From a virus, in IMG/VR virus record IMGVR_UViG_3300029788_000344: DNA of 64,000 nt; one strand, 5' to 3'. Under the pieces are notes generated by a model that did no database searches, was not told the DNA's origin, and saw nothing but the letters and a program-made list of their open reading frames with translations. Shown in pieces: positions 26,755-36,312 of this stretch. Numbering within the stretch: the first letter of the stretch is position 1; every line of letters starts with the position of its first letter. The translations under genes were made by a program, and so were the position numbers.

Positions 26755-29290
26755 TGCCGTTTCCTTCCTTTCCGTGATTATTCATATCTGTCAAGAGCTT
26801 TTTGACGGTCTGCTCCCCAAACGAGATACCATTTTCCATAGAGCATTTTCTTAAGAGATGAACAGCAATGCAGCTACATTTCTTTCTGAACATAGCCGCA
26901 TTCTCAGTATTAATACGAAATGATAAAGCAGACGGGATGCGGATAATGTGTGCGGCAACCTCTTCCGGAGTGCTCAGTTTGAGCTGCCGCTCGGCAAATA
27001 TCTGTTCTGCAAACATATTTGCTTCTTCTCGAACAGCAGCTGAGCAATGGTTACACCCTGCTTTTTCACAGAAAGCGAACGGACAATAGTCCTTGGCATG
27101 GGCGGTCAAATACTTTGAGTGTGTTTTGACTATATGTTCATCCGAAACATGCTTCATACGTTCATTTTCTGGCAAATAATCCATTCTGGTGGGCAGAGCC
27201 GATCTAAGAAAACGGTTTTTAAGCACGAGCTCTCCAGCGGACATCAGCGGGAGAACGTCACGGAGGTTGGTATCCGCTCCAATGTGTTCTCTCAGCATTT
27301 CCGCCTCCTCGCCACTTAGCCTAAAGGAGATAATATTGTCAACATTATCGAGCATTCGTCCGCCGACACGCGAGGGGGATTGATCCGAAAAGATAACACC
27401 GACTCCGTATGCCCTGATTTCAGTAATAATGTTGATCATTAACTGTGTCATAGTGCTGTTCAGAGCTTTTTCCTCCTGCGTTGCACCCTCTCCTTGATCC
27501 AGCAAAGCGTGAGCTTCATCGATCAAAACGATATTTTTAAGCCGGTGATCGCTCTGTCTTGTGGATTTCAAATAGGCCAGTATGCTAATGAGAGTCAAAG
27601 CTGAAACTAACGATTTTTGCTCTGGCTCAAGACTTCCCATTTCGAGAACTACGCATCCGTTCAAAAGATCCTCCACAGATGTAGAATGTATCGTATCAAA
27701 CGTGCGAGGACACCTCTCAATCAGACTTTGAAGCCTGAAAGCGCCTCCGGACATCATATTTCCTTTTACTTCATTGCTGTAACTGGATCTGGAAATAACG
27801 CGCTTAAAGACTCGGACAAAGTCAGCCATATCAAAAATGGAGACATTACCGTCCTCACTCGTACTTATGTCTGTCCAGCCGTTCAGCGTATATGCCTCTG
27901 AAATCGCCTTTTCAAAAAGCGCCGGCAACGGATCGGGCAAGGAAAAAGCGGCCTTAAACGCGGACAGCAAACTGCTTCTGTATTCACCGAGAGGCACATC
28001 CTTTGGGACATAAAACGGGTTGATAAGCAATGGAACTACTGGACGTTCCACCGTAAAGACCCTGCTGTCTTTCATGCCGGCGACCAGATCGCGATATTCA
28101 CGTTTGACCGGTTCCAATATCAAAACAGGAATACCGCGACTCTGGAACTGCGTTATCAGCTTCTTCAAGAGAGTGGTTTTTCCAACACCCGATTTCCCCA
28201 TTACAGCGGTGTGGAGTAACAGTTGCTCAAGAGGAACAAATAACCTTTTCGACGAATATACGGATTGTCCCAGATACAGACCCTCTCTATCGTTGTTAGT
28301 CAGCTGTTCGGGTAAGAGATCCACTTCTGGCATCAAAGAGAATGCGTTCCTATCGGTACCGATGAAGTAGTTGCCTTGCGTCGGCAACTGAAAGATTTGT
28401 GAAATCTCATCCGATGTCCATTTGCGCAGACTTGCCGCATCTGATTTCTTAAGCTCGTGAGAGACTTTCCAAGGCTGGTTATAAATGCTGTACTTCTGAT
28501 ACGCTGAAACAGCAATAGTCCGAAAGGCTGTCCCGTGTACGGACTGCTTTATTCTGGCGGTAACCAGTGCAGCACTGGTTACCGTCCCTGCAACGACAAG
28601 GTTTACTTTGGCGAAAGGATTTGCGACTTTCTGTGCATAATATTTCCATCGATCTGCCGACGCCACAGCGAGGCTGTCACGCATATTTGGTACTATGCCA
28701 TCCACTGCTTGTGAACAATGAGCAGCGTTTTTTGCAATCAGTCGTCGTTCGTCATCAGACAACAGCGCAGGAATAATCTGAATACATAAGCCACAGCCGG
28801 AGCCATCCAAAACGGAGTAAATCCGCTTCCAGTCGACACTTTCGACCACAGACGGCGATTTATACGTTTCCTGTACGCCGTATTCCTGAATATCCTGTTT
28901 CATTAATGCCCAGACCGAGCCTGCATCCATTTCGGAAATATGCTCTCTGTAGCCTTCAAAGGACACTTCCTCAGCCGTGAAGCCGGACTGATGAAGAAGC
29001 GAAAGGATACCTTTTTCGAGAGCCTCCTGACGGACAACACAATCATGTTCAGAACTGTCATGGGTTCTGAGCGTAAGCAAATGATGAATACGGCTGCCTG
29101 CGTTTCTTCCCGCGATTCGGAGAATCTCAATTGCCGTTTGCCCATTTCCCGCAGAGGATAGATAGCAAGCATCTTCACAAATTGTTTTTGCAAGCGTTAA
29201 GCCGACTTCATTGTCGTCTGAGATAGGAACTGCCTTAATGCGATATGAAGTCAGGACAAAGTATTCTCCTCCATCAAAAAACTTCTTCAT
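26747..29290 (-). CDS. HerA/FtsK/VirB4-superfamily ATPase (847 aa) with an unrecognised approximately 380-aa N-terminal domain and a Cys-rich C-terminus
   Basis: Walker A reads LLHTAVMGKSGVGKTTLLKKL. Walker B reads NIVLIDEAHALL about 210 aa downstream. An arginine-finger-like segment reads RAYGVGVIFSDQSPSRV..NIISFRL. The C-terminus has CPFAFCEKAGCNHC. Confidence 0.65.
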   Translation of the reverse strand: MKKFFDGGEYFVLTSYRIKAVPISDDNEVGLTLAKTICEDACYLSSAGNGQTAIEILRIAGRNAGSRIHHLLTLRTHDSSEHDCVVRQEALEKGILSLLHQSGFTAEEVSFEGYREHISEMDAGSVWALMKQDIQEYGVQETYKSPSVVESVDWKRIYSVLDGSGCGLCIQIIPALLSDDERRLIAKNAAHCSQAVDGIVPNMRDSLAVASADRWKYYAQKVANPFAKVNLVVAGTVTSAALVTARIKQSVHGTAFRTIAVSAYQKYSIYNQPWKVSHELKKSDAASLRKWTSDEISQIFQLPTQGNYFIGTDRNAFSLMPEVDLLPEQLTNNDREGLYLGQSVYSSKRLFVPLEQLLLHTAVMGKSGVGKTTLLKKLITQFQSRGIPVLILEPVKREYRDLVAGMKDSRVFTVERPVVPLLINPFYVPKDVPLGEYRSSLLSAFKAAFSLPDPLPALFEKAISEAYTLNGWTDISTSEDGNVSIFDMADFVRVFKRVISRSSYSNEVKGNMMSGGAFRLQSLIERCPRTFDTIHSTSVEDLLNGCVVLEMGSLEPEQKSLVSALTLISILAYLKSTRQSDHRLKNIVLIDEAHALLDQGEGATQEEKALNSTMTQLMINIITEIRAYGVGVIFSDQSPSRVGGRMLDNVDNIISFRLSGEEAEMLREHIGADTNLRDVLPLMSAGELVLKNRFLRSALPTRMDYLPENERMKHVSDEHIVKTHSKYLTAHAKDYCPFAFCEKAGCNHCSAAVREEANMFAEQIFAERQLKLSTPEEVAAHIIRIPSALSFRINTENAAMFRKKCSCIAVHLLRKCSMENGISFGEQTVKKLLTDMNNHGKEGNGNE

Positions 29291-29300
29291 TTAAGTCCTC

Positions 29301-29930
29301 CTATATGAACGGGTTATGTTGGTAGCTCGGCACAGCACTCATAAGTTGCTTAATCACCTTAACAGGACGTGAACTGAACACCTTGTACAGGCAGCCAACT
29401 AGACCACCTATACAAAGTACCGCAACAAAATAGCTCTCTGCGCCCAAAAGTATCCCGGCAATGATAGCACAGAACGCGGTGGCAAAGATCCATGCGAGGA
29501 TTCTTGTCCTTTGTTTGTTGAGTTCTCCTCTGTGTTTCTCACAGCGCCGGCTGCCGTATCTGATCATTTCACTGGTTACTCCGTTGAGCCTCACCAGTTT
29601 ATCCCACGCTTCAGAGGCGATGGCTCTATTGGCGGTATTATCCATGTCTATGTCCCCGAAGTCCTGAGTTGCTGCCCGTAGGACAGCGAGATACAGTTTC
29701 TTCTCTGTGGGGTACTGGCTCATTAACGGTCTCAGAAGGGCGATAGTCTGTTCCCAGTTGCCGGCAGCAAAGTGACTCATGGCTTGAGAATATGTCCTGT
29801 CATACTGCATGAGTTGTTGATCTTGCTGCGGATCATAAACTGGGTGTCCACACGAGTCGCACTCCACTCTCATTCTGCTTCGACTGTAGTGAAAACTGGA
29901 GCAGCCACAGCGACTGCAGACGCGATCCAT
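29301..29930 (-). CDS. Protein with an N-terminal zinc ribbon and a C-terminal two-TM anchor
   Basis: The N-terminus has CSRCGC...CDSCGH. The C-terminus has the hydrophobic segments ILAWIFATAFCAIIAGILLGA and FVAVLCIGGLVGCLY. Confidence 0.45.
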   Translation of the reverse strand: MDRVCSRCGCSSFHYSRSRMRVECDSCGHPVYDPQQDQQLMQYDRTYSQAMSHFAAGNWEQTIALLRPLMSQYPTEKKLYLAVLRAATQDFGDIDMDNTANRAIASEAWDKLVRLNGVTSEMIRYGSRRCEKHRGELNKQRTRILAWIFATAFCAIIAGILLGAESYFVAVLCIGGLVGCLYKVFSSRPVKVIKQLMSAVPSYQHNPFI

Positions 29931-29962
29931 AGAATCACCACCTTTCTAAGGATATGATACGA

Positions 29963-30514
29963 TTATCGATTTCTGGGAGGCAAAGGCTTGCTGGCTGTAG
30001 CCTGGTGCGGCATACGCGCGGAAATGGGATTATGAGGCTGAAGACCAGTTGCACGATCGCTGTGATTCTGAACTTCACGAACAGACTGGCTGCTCGGTTC
30101 CGCAGGAATGGAAGCAGAATAGACGCCCTGTCTCTGTTGCTTCAGCGCGGCATTGATCAAAGGGATCAAAGCAATCAGGCAAACTAGAGTTGTGATTATG
30201 AAAGCGAAGACCGCCGACCTTACAGATACGTCAATTCCCAAAAGCAAGACGGAAAGAGCAATCACAGCGGTTTCAAGGATACAACAAACGACGGAGAGTC
30301 CAGCTGCTTTGCGAAGGTTGCTGTTCCAGTACGTTACGAGGTATGCAACAGGGATTCCAACAGTGAGAAGTGTGCCGCCAATGTACACTGCGAGACGAGC
30401 TGTTGCCTCTGCAGGGGCGAGCCACCAGAAAAGAAACTGGGGGATCAAAACGATGGCTGCAAGGACGGGGATCAAAGAGTAGTTTTTGCGTGTCATTTTC
30501 ATCATTCCTTTCAC
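29963..30514 (-). CDS. Integral membrane protein (about 5 TM, 183 aa)
   Basis: The protein is strongly hydrophobic throughout. It abuts the next gene with zero spacing. Confidence 0.45.
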   Translation of the reverse strand: MKGMMKMTRKNYSLIPVLAAIVLIPQFLFWWLAPAEATARLAVYIGGTLLTVGIPVAYLVTYWNSNLRKAAGLSVVCCILETAVIALSVLLLGIDVSVRSAVFAFIITTLVCLIALIPLINAALKQQRQGVYSASIPAEPSSQSVREVQNHSDRATGLQPHNPISARMPHQATASKPLPPRNR

Positions 30515-31612
30515 TTAAAATCTATAACCGCAGATGGGGCAAACGCTATTGCCACGCATCACGTTTCCGTTACACGACGGGCAACGCTTGTACCGATCAG
30601 GCATGGGCGGAGGCGATTCCGCAGACGAGGTGTTTCCCTGGGCGTCAGACGATGCACCGCCAAACATATCCGTGTGCCGAGTCATTTCGGTCAGCGGTTC
30701 CCGCAGCGCCGGAAGCATCTGTGAGAGCATCATCATCTGCATCATCATGGGAGCCATTCCGCCAGAGTTCCCGTTGGAATTACATGCAGCGCCACCAGTA
30801 GGAGCCTGCCCTCGAGAAGGAATTCCCGTCATCATTTCACCAAGAGTGCGGTTATTGACGTTACCGTTCCATACTCTTTGTAGGTTATCCAGTTCGAGGT
30901 CGGTTCTGGTTTTCCCGCCGGCATACTCCTGCTCCAGGCTATAAAGTCTCTGCATCTCTGAATTGGGAACATTGATGGCCACAAGGTCAAATCGCTCCAG
31001 CTTGATACCGTACTCAGACATGCCAGACCGAATTGCAGTCGTTGCCATGTTTCCAATATGGGAAAGCTGGCTGTTAAACTCCGGGATTTCCAGCTTACTG
31101 ATCTCCCTGGAGATGGCTTCCCTAATGGGGGCAAGGACCATCTGTTCCACACACGGATCAATATCCTCATCCGAAAACGCAGAGCTGTAACTTCCGACCA
31201 GCTTTGTGAGAACCTTCAGAGGATCGGAGATTGAGAAGGAAAGCTTGCAAGATGCAAGCGCTTTCATTGTGAGACGGAAGCGATGCTCCCGGAAAGGAAA
31301 CTCTCCAGTGCCGAGCTTGACAAACTTCGTTTTCTCCGTCGACACAAAGAACACAGACACCGTGGTTCCGGTGTCTCCGTGGGTCAGAATGTTGCGAAGC
31401 CTTACAAAGAAGGGATCAACGCCTGTGAAGATTTCGTATCTGCCGGGGCCATAGGGGCGCGAAAGCGTACCGTTGATAGCAACGAACGCAGTGGTTCCCG
31501 GAGGGACAACCAGAATACTCCCGTTGACAATCACGGAGTATTGTCCGCATACATCCGGCTGAATTCGGATTAAACCGTTCCCGCCCGGATCTCTGATGAT
31601 TGATTGGTACAT
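30515..31612 (-). CDS. SPFH/band-7-like domain protein with a C-terminal zinc ribbon and a Met/Gln-rich linker
   Basis: Sequences of this YQSIIRDPGGNG...GIKLERFDLVAINVP type are usually annotated as SPFH-domain proteins; this is recalled from memory rather than searched. The C-terminus has CPSCNG...CPICGY. Confidence 0.45.
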   Translation of the reverse strand: MYQSIIRDPGGNGLIRIQPDVCGQYSVIVNGSILVVPPGTTAFVAINGTLSRPYGPGRYEIFTGVDPFFVRLRNILTHGDTGTTVSVFFVSTEKTKFVKLGTGEFPFREHRFRLTMKALASCKLSFSISDPLKVLTKLVGSYSSAFSDEDIDPCVEQMVLAPIREAISREISKLEIPEFNSQLSHIGNMATTAIRSGMSEYGIKLERFDLVAINVPNSEMQRLYSLEQEYAGGKTRTDLELDNLQRVWNGNVNNRTLGEMMTGIPSRGQAPTGGAACNSNGNSGGMAPMMMQMMMLSQMLPALREPLTEMTRHTDMFGGASSDAQGNTSSAESPPPMPDRYKRCPSCNGNVMRGNSVCPICGYRF

Positions 31613-31639
31613 AGTCTCATCTCCTTGTACTTATGATGT

Positions 31640-32614
31640 TTATTTTACGGCCAGGTTTTTCAGAGTGGGATGATAATAGAGCCGGTGATTTCCGCTTATC
31701 CGTTCTTCTGAGAAGGCCCTTTGCGCTTCTTTCAGGCAATCTCCAGACGAGGGACGGTAACTAAAGTGAATCAGTATCGGCGATATGCCTCTCTGCGAAT
31801 CCTTTTTAAGCCGCGCCTTAAGATCGCTATAGGAATGAACACACAGACCATGATGGCTATAGTAGCTCAGTGCTTCCGATGTGCATTCGGGAACGCGGGC
31901 ACATTTGAAGTCGTAATGATCGCTTGAAATCTGATCATCCGACAGGTTCAAGTAATCGAAGCGTACGATCCCGTTCTCAGTTCCATCCCAAGTGACATCA
32001 CAATGGACGGGAGTCCCATTGATCCATGCAATCGTCCAACAATGCCAGCCGCCCGTTTTGGTTCTGCCATAAACCTTGATACAGGGGATGCCGATTCGCC
32101 TGAAGCACAGGAGCAGCAGTGCGTTTTGACCGTCACACACCCCCGCTGAGAGCAGGATCGGCCCCACAATGCTGTGGTCTCTCACATCTCCATTGTTTGT
32201 ATATACGATGCTTTTGGCGATACGTTCGTAAACAAGCGCTTCTCGTTCAAGCATGGAAAGATCGGCCGTTCCACGAACGATCTGGAAAATTTTTTTCCGG
32301 AGCTGCTGCCTGATTCTATCAATAATCTCAGGGGCATACAGGATTGGGTACTCCAGAGTGCCGGTCCGACCTCTACGGGTGAATTCACTCTGAAACCCTA
32401 GAAAGAAGAATTCCGGGCGATCGTCCCTGATCGCTTTGTAGGCTGCAAAGCAATCAGATGCAGATGTTTCTGGATTACTTATGGAGAATGTCGTCTTACC
32501 TGAGTAATCCCCCCGGAGAAGCTGGGCATTGATGCGGTCATAGAACGCCTGCCCCTGACGAGTGAGGAATCCCCTATAGTATTCAGAACCCAGCTTCTCC
32601 GGTATCTTCACCAT
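31640..32614 (-). CDS. Transglutaminase-like cysteine peptidase superfamily protein
   Basis: The Cys-His-Asp triad context reads GVCDGQNALLLLCFRRIGIPC ... GGWHCWTIAWING ... HCDVTWD. Confidence 0.65.
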   Translation of the reverse strand: MVKIPEKLGSEYYRGFLTRQGQAFYDRINAQLLRGDYSGKTTFSISNPETSASDCFAAYKAIRDDRPEFFFLGFQSEFTRRGRTGTLEYPILYAPEIIDRIRQQLRKKIFQIVRGTADLSMLEREALVYERIAKSIVYTNNGDVRDHSIVGPILLSAGVCDGQNALLLLCFRRIGIPCIKVYGRTKTGGWHCWTIAWINGTPVHCDVTWDGTENGIVRFDYLNLSDDQISSDHYDFKCARVPECTSEALSYYSHHGLCVHSYSDLKARLKKDSQRGISPILIHFSYRPSSGDCLKEAQRAFSEERISGNHRLYYHPTLKNLAVK

Positions 32615-32620
32615 TATGAT

Positions 32621-33484
32621 TCACTCCCTTCTGCCCTTGGGAATCACCAGCTTGATCTTCAAGCACCCCTTACCATCAATACGGGTGTGCAGTCTGATAT
32701 CTCCAGCATAACCGCGTGTGCGAAGGCACTGACTGGTAAGGCGAACGATTTCATCGGTAGGAGGAATCAGGCGCTTGTCTTCGCTGAGATTCTCCTGAGG
32801 AGCTACGCCACGCGAAAAAACAATGATTTCCGCCTCGGCAAAGTCTTTGCCAATGCTGCCAAGCATCTTCTTCCGAATGGGGTCGCATACGAAGATACAG
32901 ACGGGAGACGATGCTGCGCGTGCAGCACCACTCACTTTGTCGGTTCCACTGTAGAACACGCCGAGGTCAGGGTGAGTGTGTCCTTCCAAAACGAACTCCG
33001 AAGGTCCACAGAGCTTAAGAAAAGGGTCAACCTGGTAACCGAAGGCATCCGTATTGAATTTGGATTCGTTTCTCAGGAACTCCTCACGATGATATTCGAG
33101 AAAATCGAGTCCCGGATTGTATTCTCCATTGGGACCAAGGTTTGATGCTCCGACCGGATTACGATTCATGGTCTGGATCTCGATGATGTGGCTGATAATC
33201 GTAATCACGTTACCGTCATCATCGACCAGAAAATGGCCCATCCCATAGAGTTTCTGCTCATAGACATTCATCGGGGATCGTCTTCCATATGAAATGATCG
33301 AGTTAAGCTCCTGTTCGGGTTCGGGAAGGATGATAACCTTGTTGCGTCCTTTGCCATGCCTTTCCTTGACATACACATCACCGCACTTGCTTTTGATGAT
33401 GTCCAGAGCTTTTTTAAGGCTGCATACCGGATAAGTTTTGGGCTCCGAAGGACGCCTGGTAGGCATAGGGGTATAATTGGTCAC
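32621..33484 (-). CDS. JAB/JAMM (MPN+) metallopeptidase with a roughly 130-aa N-terminal extension
   Basis: The JAMM motif reads EGHTHPDLGVFYSGTD (H-x-H-x7-S-x2-D). An upstream glutamate is present. Confidence 0.7.
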   Translation of the reverse strand: MTNYTPMPTRRPSEPKTYPVCSLKKALDIIKSKCGDVYVKERHGKGRNKVIILPEPEQELNSIISYGRRSPMNVYEQKLYGMGHFLVDDDGNVITIISHIIEIQTMNRNPVGASNLGPNGEYNPGLDFLEYHREEFLRNESKFNTDAFGYQVDPFLKLCGPSEFVLEGHTHPDLGVFYSGTDKVSGAARAASSPVCIFVCDPIRKKMLGSIGKDFAEAEIIVFSRGVAPQENLSEDKRLIPPTDEIVRLTSQCLRTRGYAGDIRLHTRIDGKGCLKIKLVIPKGRRE

Positions 33485-33500
33485 AATACTTCATCTCCTC

Positions 33501-34133
33501 TCAGTGGTGTCTGCCGGGAAGGGGCGGAGGTGCGGTCACAGGCTTGGCTGTCACCTTGCGAGGCGGAAGGGCTGTCAGTTCAGAGGCATAAAGCAGTTTG
33601 GGATGAATCATGGGGAAACGTTTGGCAGCAACACCATCCTTATGCCACTGTGCCACGCTGCTATTTGCCATGCTTTCATATCGAGTCACACCGGGATCGT
33701 GAATCATATCGCGCACGAGCTTGTCCACGACTGTAGTCAGGGAACTCGTGAAGGGAATCCAGGTGTCAATGCAGGCGCTCCCGGAGCGAAAAACATTAGG
33801 ACTCGCAAGATAATGATCCGAGGCATACGAGGCCGATACGGATTTCAGCGGATAACCGGGATAGCAAATGATATCCGCCGTCATAGATTCACAAGCTTTA
33901 GGCGTAGAGTCCTCGTTTGTGGTGAGGTAATGCGAAGGGGCCTTAACCGTCACCTTGAGGTGCATCGCCTCGCCGGTTTTCGCCTGAACCCTCTGAATCG
34001 TTACATACTTGGGGTTGTATTTCCGGACGATTTCCTGGTAATCATTCTTCAAAGCCTCGGCAGAGTCTCCTTCGGTGATGGAGACTTCTCTCGTGTGACC
34101 GTATTCATCGGTATAGTTGGTTGAGTAACTCAT
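33501..34133 (-). CDS. UBC-like E2 ubiquitin-conjugating enzyme homologue
   Basis: HYLASPNVFRSGSACIDTW aligns to the eukaryotic E2 active-site block HPNI..NGSICLDIL, with the catalytic Cys in GSACID. It sits between the E1 and JAB genes. Confidence 0.55.
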   Translation of the reverse strand: MSYSTNYTDEYGHTREVSITEGDSAEALKNDYQEIVRKYNPKYVTIQRVQAKTGEAMHLKVTVKAPSHYLTTNEDSTPKACESMTADIICYPGYPLKSVSASYASDHYLASPNVFRSGSACIDTWIPFTSSLTTVVDKLVRDMIHDPGVTRYESMANSSVAQWHKDGVAAKRFPMIHPKLLYASELTALPPRKVTAKPVTAPPPLPGRHH

Positions 34134-34146
34134 GTTGAACCTCCTT

Positions 34147-35418
34147 TTAGAATTTATGGATTTCGTGCATTTTCAGGTGATCCTTATCGAGCGCAAAGAC
34201 TGTCCTAGTGATCTTCTCGGTATCCAAAAAGTCAAGAGCTCCGTTACGCTGAATCACCTCGATATGGGCGCCAAGCGGATACCCCAGGTCGTACAGTGTC
34301 ATCTTCTGGATTTCTTCACTGCAGCCGAGGTCAAAAGCATGCAGGATCTCGCCACGAGAGAAGGTTGCACTGTTATGAGCGCGTTTCCCCTGGGTGCTAC
34401 ACTTATCGCACAGAAGATCGTTAAGAAAGACACGCCCCTCATGCTTCATCACCTTGATGGCGGTCCCACACGAATGGCACACATCATCCACGATAAAGCC
34501 GGCATGGACAATCTTCCTGTAATTCAGGCGATGAACAGACATCTCAAAATCCGCCGTGCCGAGGATAGCAGCAATCTGATCCATTGCCTCCTTCAGAGTG
34601 ACATCTGTAACGTTACCATGAAGCCATTCGATTCTTGCGGGCGGATGGATTGCACATCCGGGGCAATTACGCTTCCGCAAGGGGTGAGCAACGCTCAACT
34701 CCAGGTGAGGGTAGGCTGTATAGGTCAGTCTACGATTCATCACGCCGTCATGCCCGATGATGTTGGCTCTGAGCTGTTCAGCACTGAGATGCGCGGCCAT
34801 GGAGCTGGCAAGGTTGGATGTACGGACGATTTCATTGACACCGTCAATTTGTCTAACCTGCGGCCCGACACAGGATGTCCGAATGCTGCTGTCCTTCATC
34901 CACCCCTCATCAATCAAGCACCGAAGGCAGAATTCGGTATTGTCCAGAATCACGCTCTGTGCCATTTCATCATGGGTTCCATCCATGATGACAATCGGTC
35001 GCCGATCTTCAGGAAGCTGTCGGATCAACTCGTTCAGAAGCACTTTGGCGTCGAAATTATCCACTGCCGCGACGACATAACTGTAATCAGCAAATGCCTC
35101 TGGACCGAGCTTACAAAGGTCGCCGTCGATACCGTTGGAAGTGCAGTCATCGTCTAGCAGTGGCTGGACTCGATCAGACGCACATTCCGCCTTGTTTCGT
35201 CCGGCATCTTCCGGCGTGCGGATCAGGCAGCCGTGTTTGGCTGCATTTTCAAGCGTGAAGCAATCGAAATCCATTGCGTCAGGAGAAAGCCCCATTTTAG
35301 CGAATTTCTCCATGAGATGTGTTCCTACCGCTCCGGTGCCGATAACCAGCACATGCAGATTATGGAACAGTGGGCGATACTCCGAGAGCTTCAAGGCATT
35401 ATAAACAACTTTGTTCAT
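34147..35418 (-). CDS. ThiF/MoeB/E1-like Ubl-activating enzyme
   Basis: The Rossmann fold reads HVLVIGTGAVGTHLMEKFAKMGL. The downstream E1-type D-x-D/N-R-like segment is present. The C-terminal CxxC pairs are NCPGC, HSCG and CDKC. Confidence 0.75.
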   Translation of the reverse strand: MNKVVYNALKLSEYRPLFHNLHVLVIGTGAVGTHLMEKFAKMGLSPDAMDFDCFTLENAAKHGCLIRTPEDAGRNKAECASDRVQPLLDDDCTSNGIDGDLCKLGPEAFADYSYVVAAVDNFDAKVLLNELIRQLPEDRRPIVIMDGTHDEMAQSVILDNTEFCLRCLIDEGWMKDSSIRTSCVGPQVRQIDGVNEIVRTSNLASSMAAHLSAEQLRANIIGHDGVMNRRLTYTAYPHLELSVAHPLRKRNCPGCAIHPPARIEWLHGNVTDVTLKEAMDQIAAILGTADFEMSVHRLNYRKIVHAGFIVDDVCHSCGTAIKVMKHEGRVFLNDLLCDKCSTQGKRAHNSATFSRGEILHAFDLGCSEEIQKMTLYDLGYPLGAHIEVIQRNGALDFLDTEKITRTVFALDKDHLKMHEIHKF

Positions 35419-35445
35419 GTTTGATTATCTTTCTTTTCCAGGCTG

Positions 35446-35874
35446 TCAAAGCAACTTCCCGTTGCTCTTAAATCGGTGCCCCCTGGAACAGCGGTAACAG
35501 TTCTCTCCGCTGTCCCAGAAGATCACCTGCCCCTCGCCCGGGACATTCCGGAGCTTATCAATAGGGCAGCACGGAAACTGAGTGGGTTTGATTCCACGGG
35601 GTCCATAGCCAGCCCCAGCCGTCCTTCGGGCTGCATTGGCGATTGCCGACGCGGAAGAACGGCGGGGCGGCAGTGCTCTTGCAGCAGAAGAACTGCGTGT
35701 TCTGGTTTGAGCATGGCTGACTGTTGGTGAGGGTATGCCTACATTGACCCGAGGCGGGAGCGGAGGAGGTACATTGGCAGTTTTTTCTTTGCGTCCCTTT
35801 TTCGTAATGCATGCGATGATGACTCCACAGGCAATCAATCCCAAACCGACAAGGATGCATATTGTCACCATCAT
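35446..35874 (-). CDS. Single-pass membrane protein with a Pro-rich linker and a C-terminal zinc ribbon
   Basis: The N-terminal TM segment reads MMVTICILVGLGLIACGVIIACI. The linker PPPLPPRVNVGIPSP follows. The C-terminus has CCPIDK...CYRCSRGH. Confidence 0.45.
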   Translation of the reverse strand: MMVTICILVGLGLIACGVIIACITKKGRKEKTANVPPPLPPRVNVGIPSPTVSHAQTRTRSSSAARALPPRRSSASAIANAARRTAGAGYGPRGIKPTQFPCCPIDKLRNVPGEGQVIFWDSGENCYRCSRGHRFKSNGKLL

Positions 35875-35891
35875 GTCAGCCCCCCTTGTAT

Positions 35892-36191
35892 TTACGCTAC
35901 GCCGGCATTGTCGCTGATTGCCAGGACATCACCCTCCTGCAGATCAAGTCCTCCTACCGTTTCATTGGTGTCGCTGGTAGATGCTCCGGTGCGCTTGTTT
36001 TCGAAGAGAATCTTGCTGTCGTGCGGATTAACCCCGATATCAACGGCATATTCCTGGAGAACCTGTCCGAGAGTGTTCGTGCCGTACACAGCGGCCTGAG
36101 GATAAGTCGTGCCGGTTACCTTGTTGAGCAGGTCGATCTCAAAGGCACTTTCGGCGGCGGCGAGGGCGCCGTCAATGGGATAGTTCGTCAT
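35892..36191 (-). CDS. Ubiquitin-like beta-grasp protein with a 2-residue C-terminal extension (...SDNAG-VA)
   Basis: The residues 20-99 align collinearly to ubiquitin (ours/Ub): [14 protein letters not shown] / [41 protein letters not shown] / [44 protein letters not shown] / [21 protein letters not shown]. Confidence 0.55.
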   Translation of the reverse strand: [99 protein letters not shown]

Positions 36192-36312
36192 AACTTTTAT
36201 CTCCTTTTGTTAAGTATTTTGTGGCTTCCCACGACTACAGCAGCGGTCACAGCTGCTGTAGTTTCGGCCGGTTGCCGTCCAGCTCTCGTTCAGATGGGAG
36301 GAGATCACGAAC

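Noticed and set aside
33477-34124. 215-aa plus-strand ORF
   Set aside because: It is antisense to the E2-like gene and the E1 start. It has no RBS and a His/Arg/Gly-rich shadow composition.
34132-35157. 341-aa plus-strand ORF
   Set aside because: It is antisense to the E1-like gene, whose Rossmann and CxxC motifs are clear. No RBS is present.
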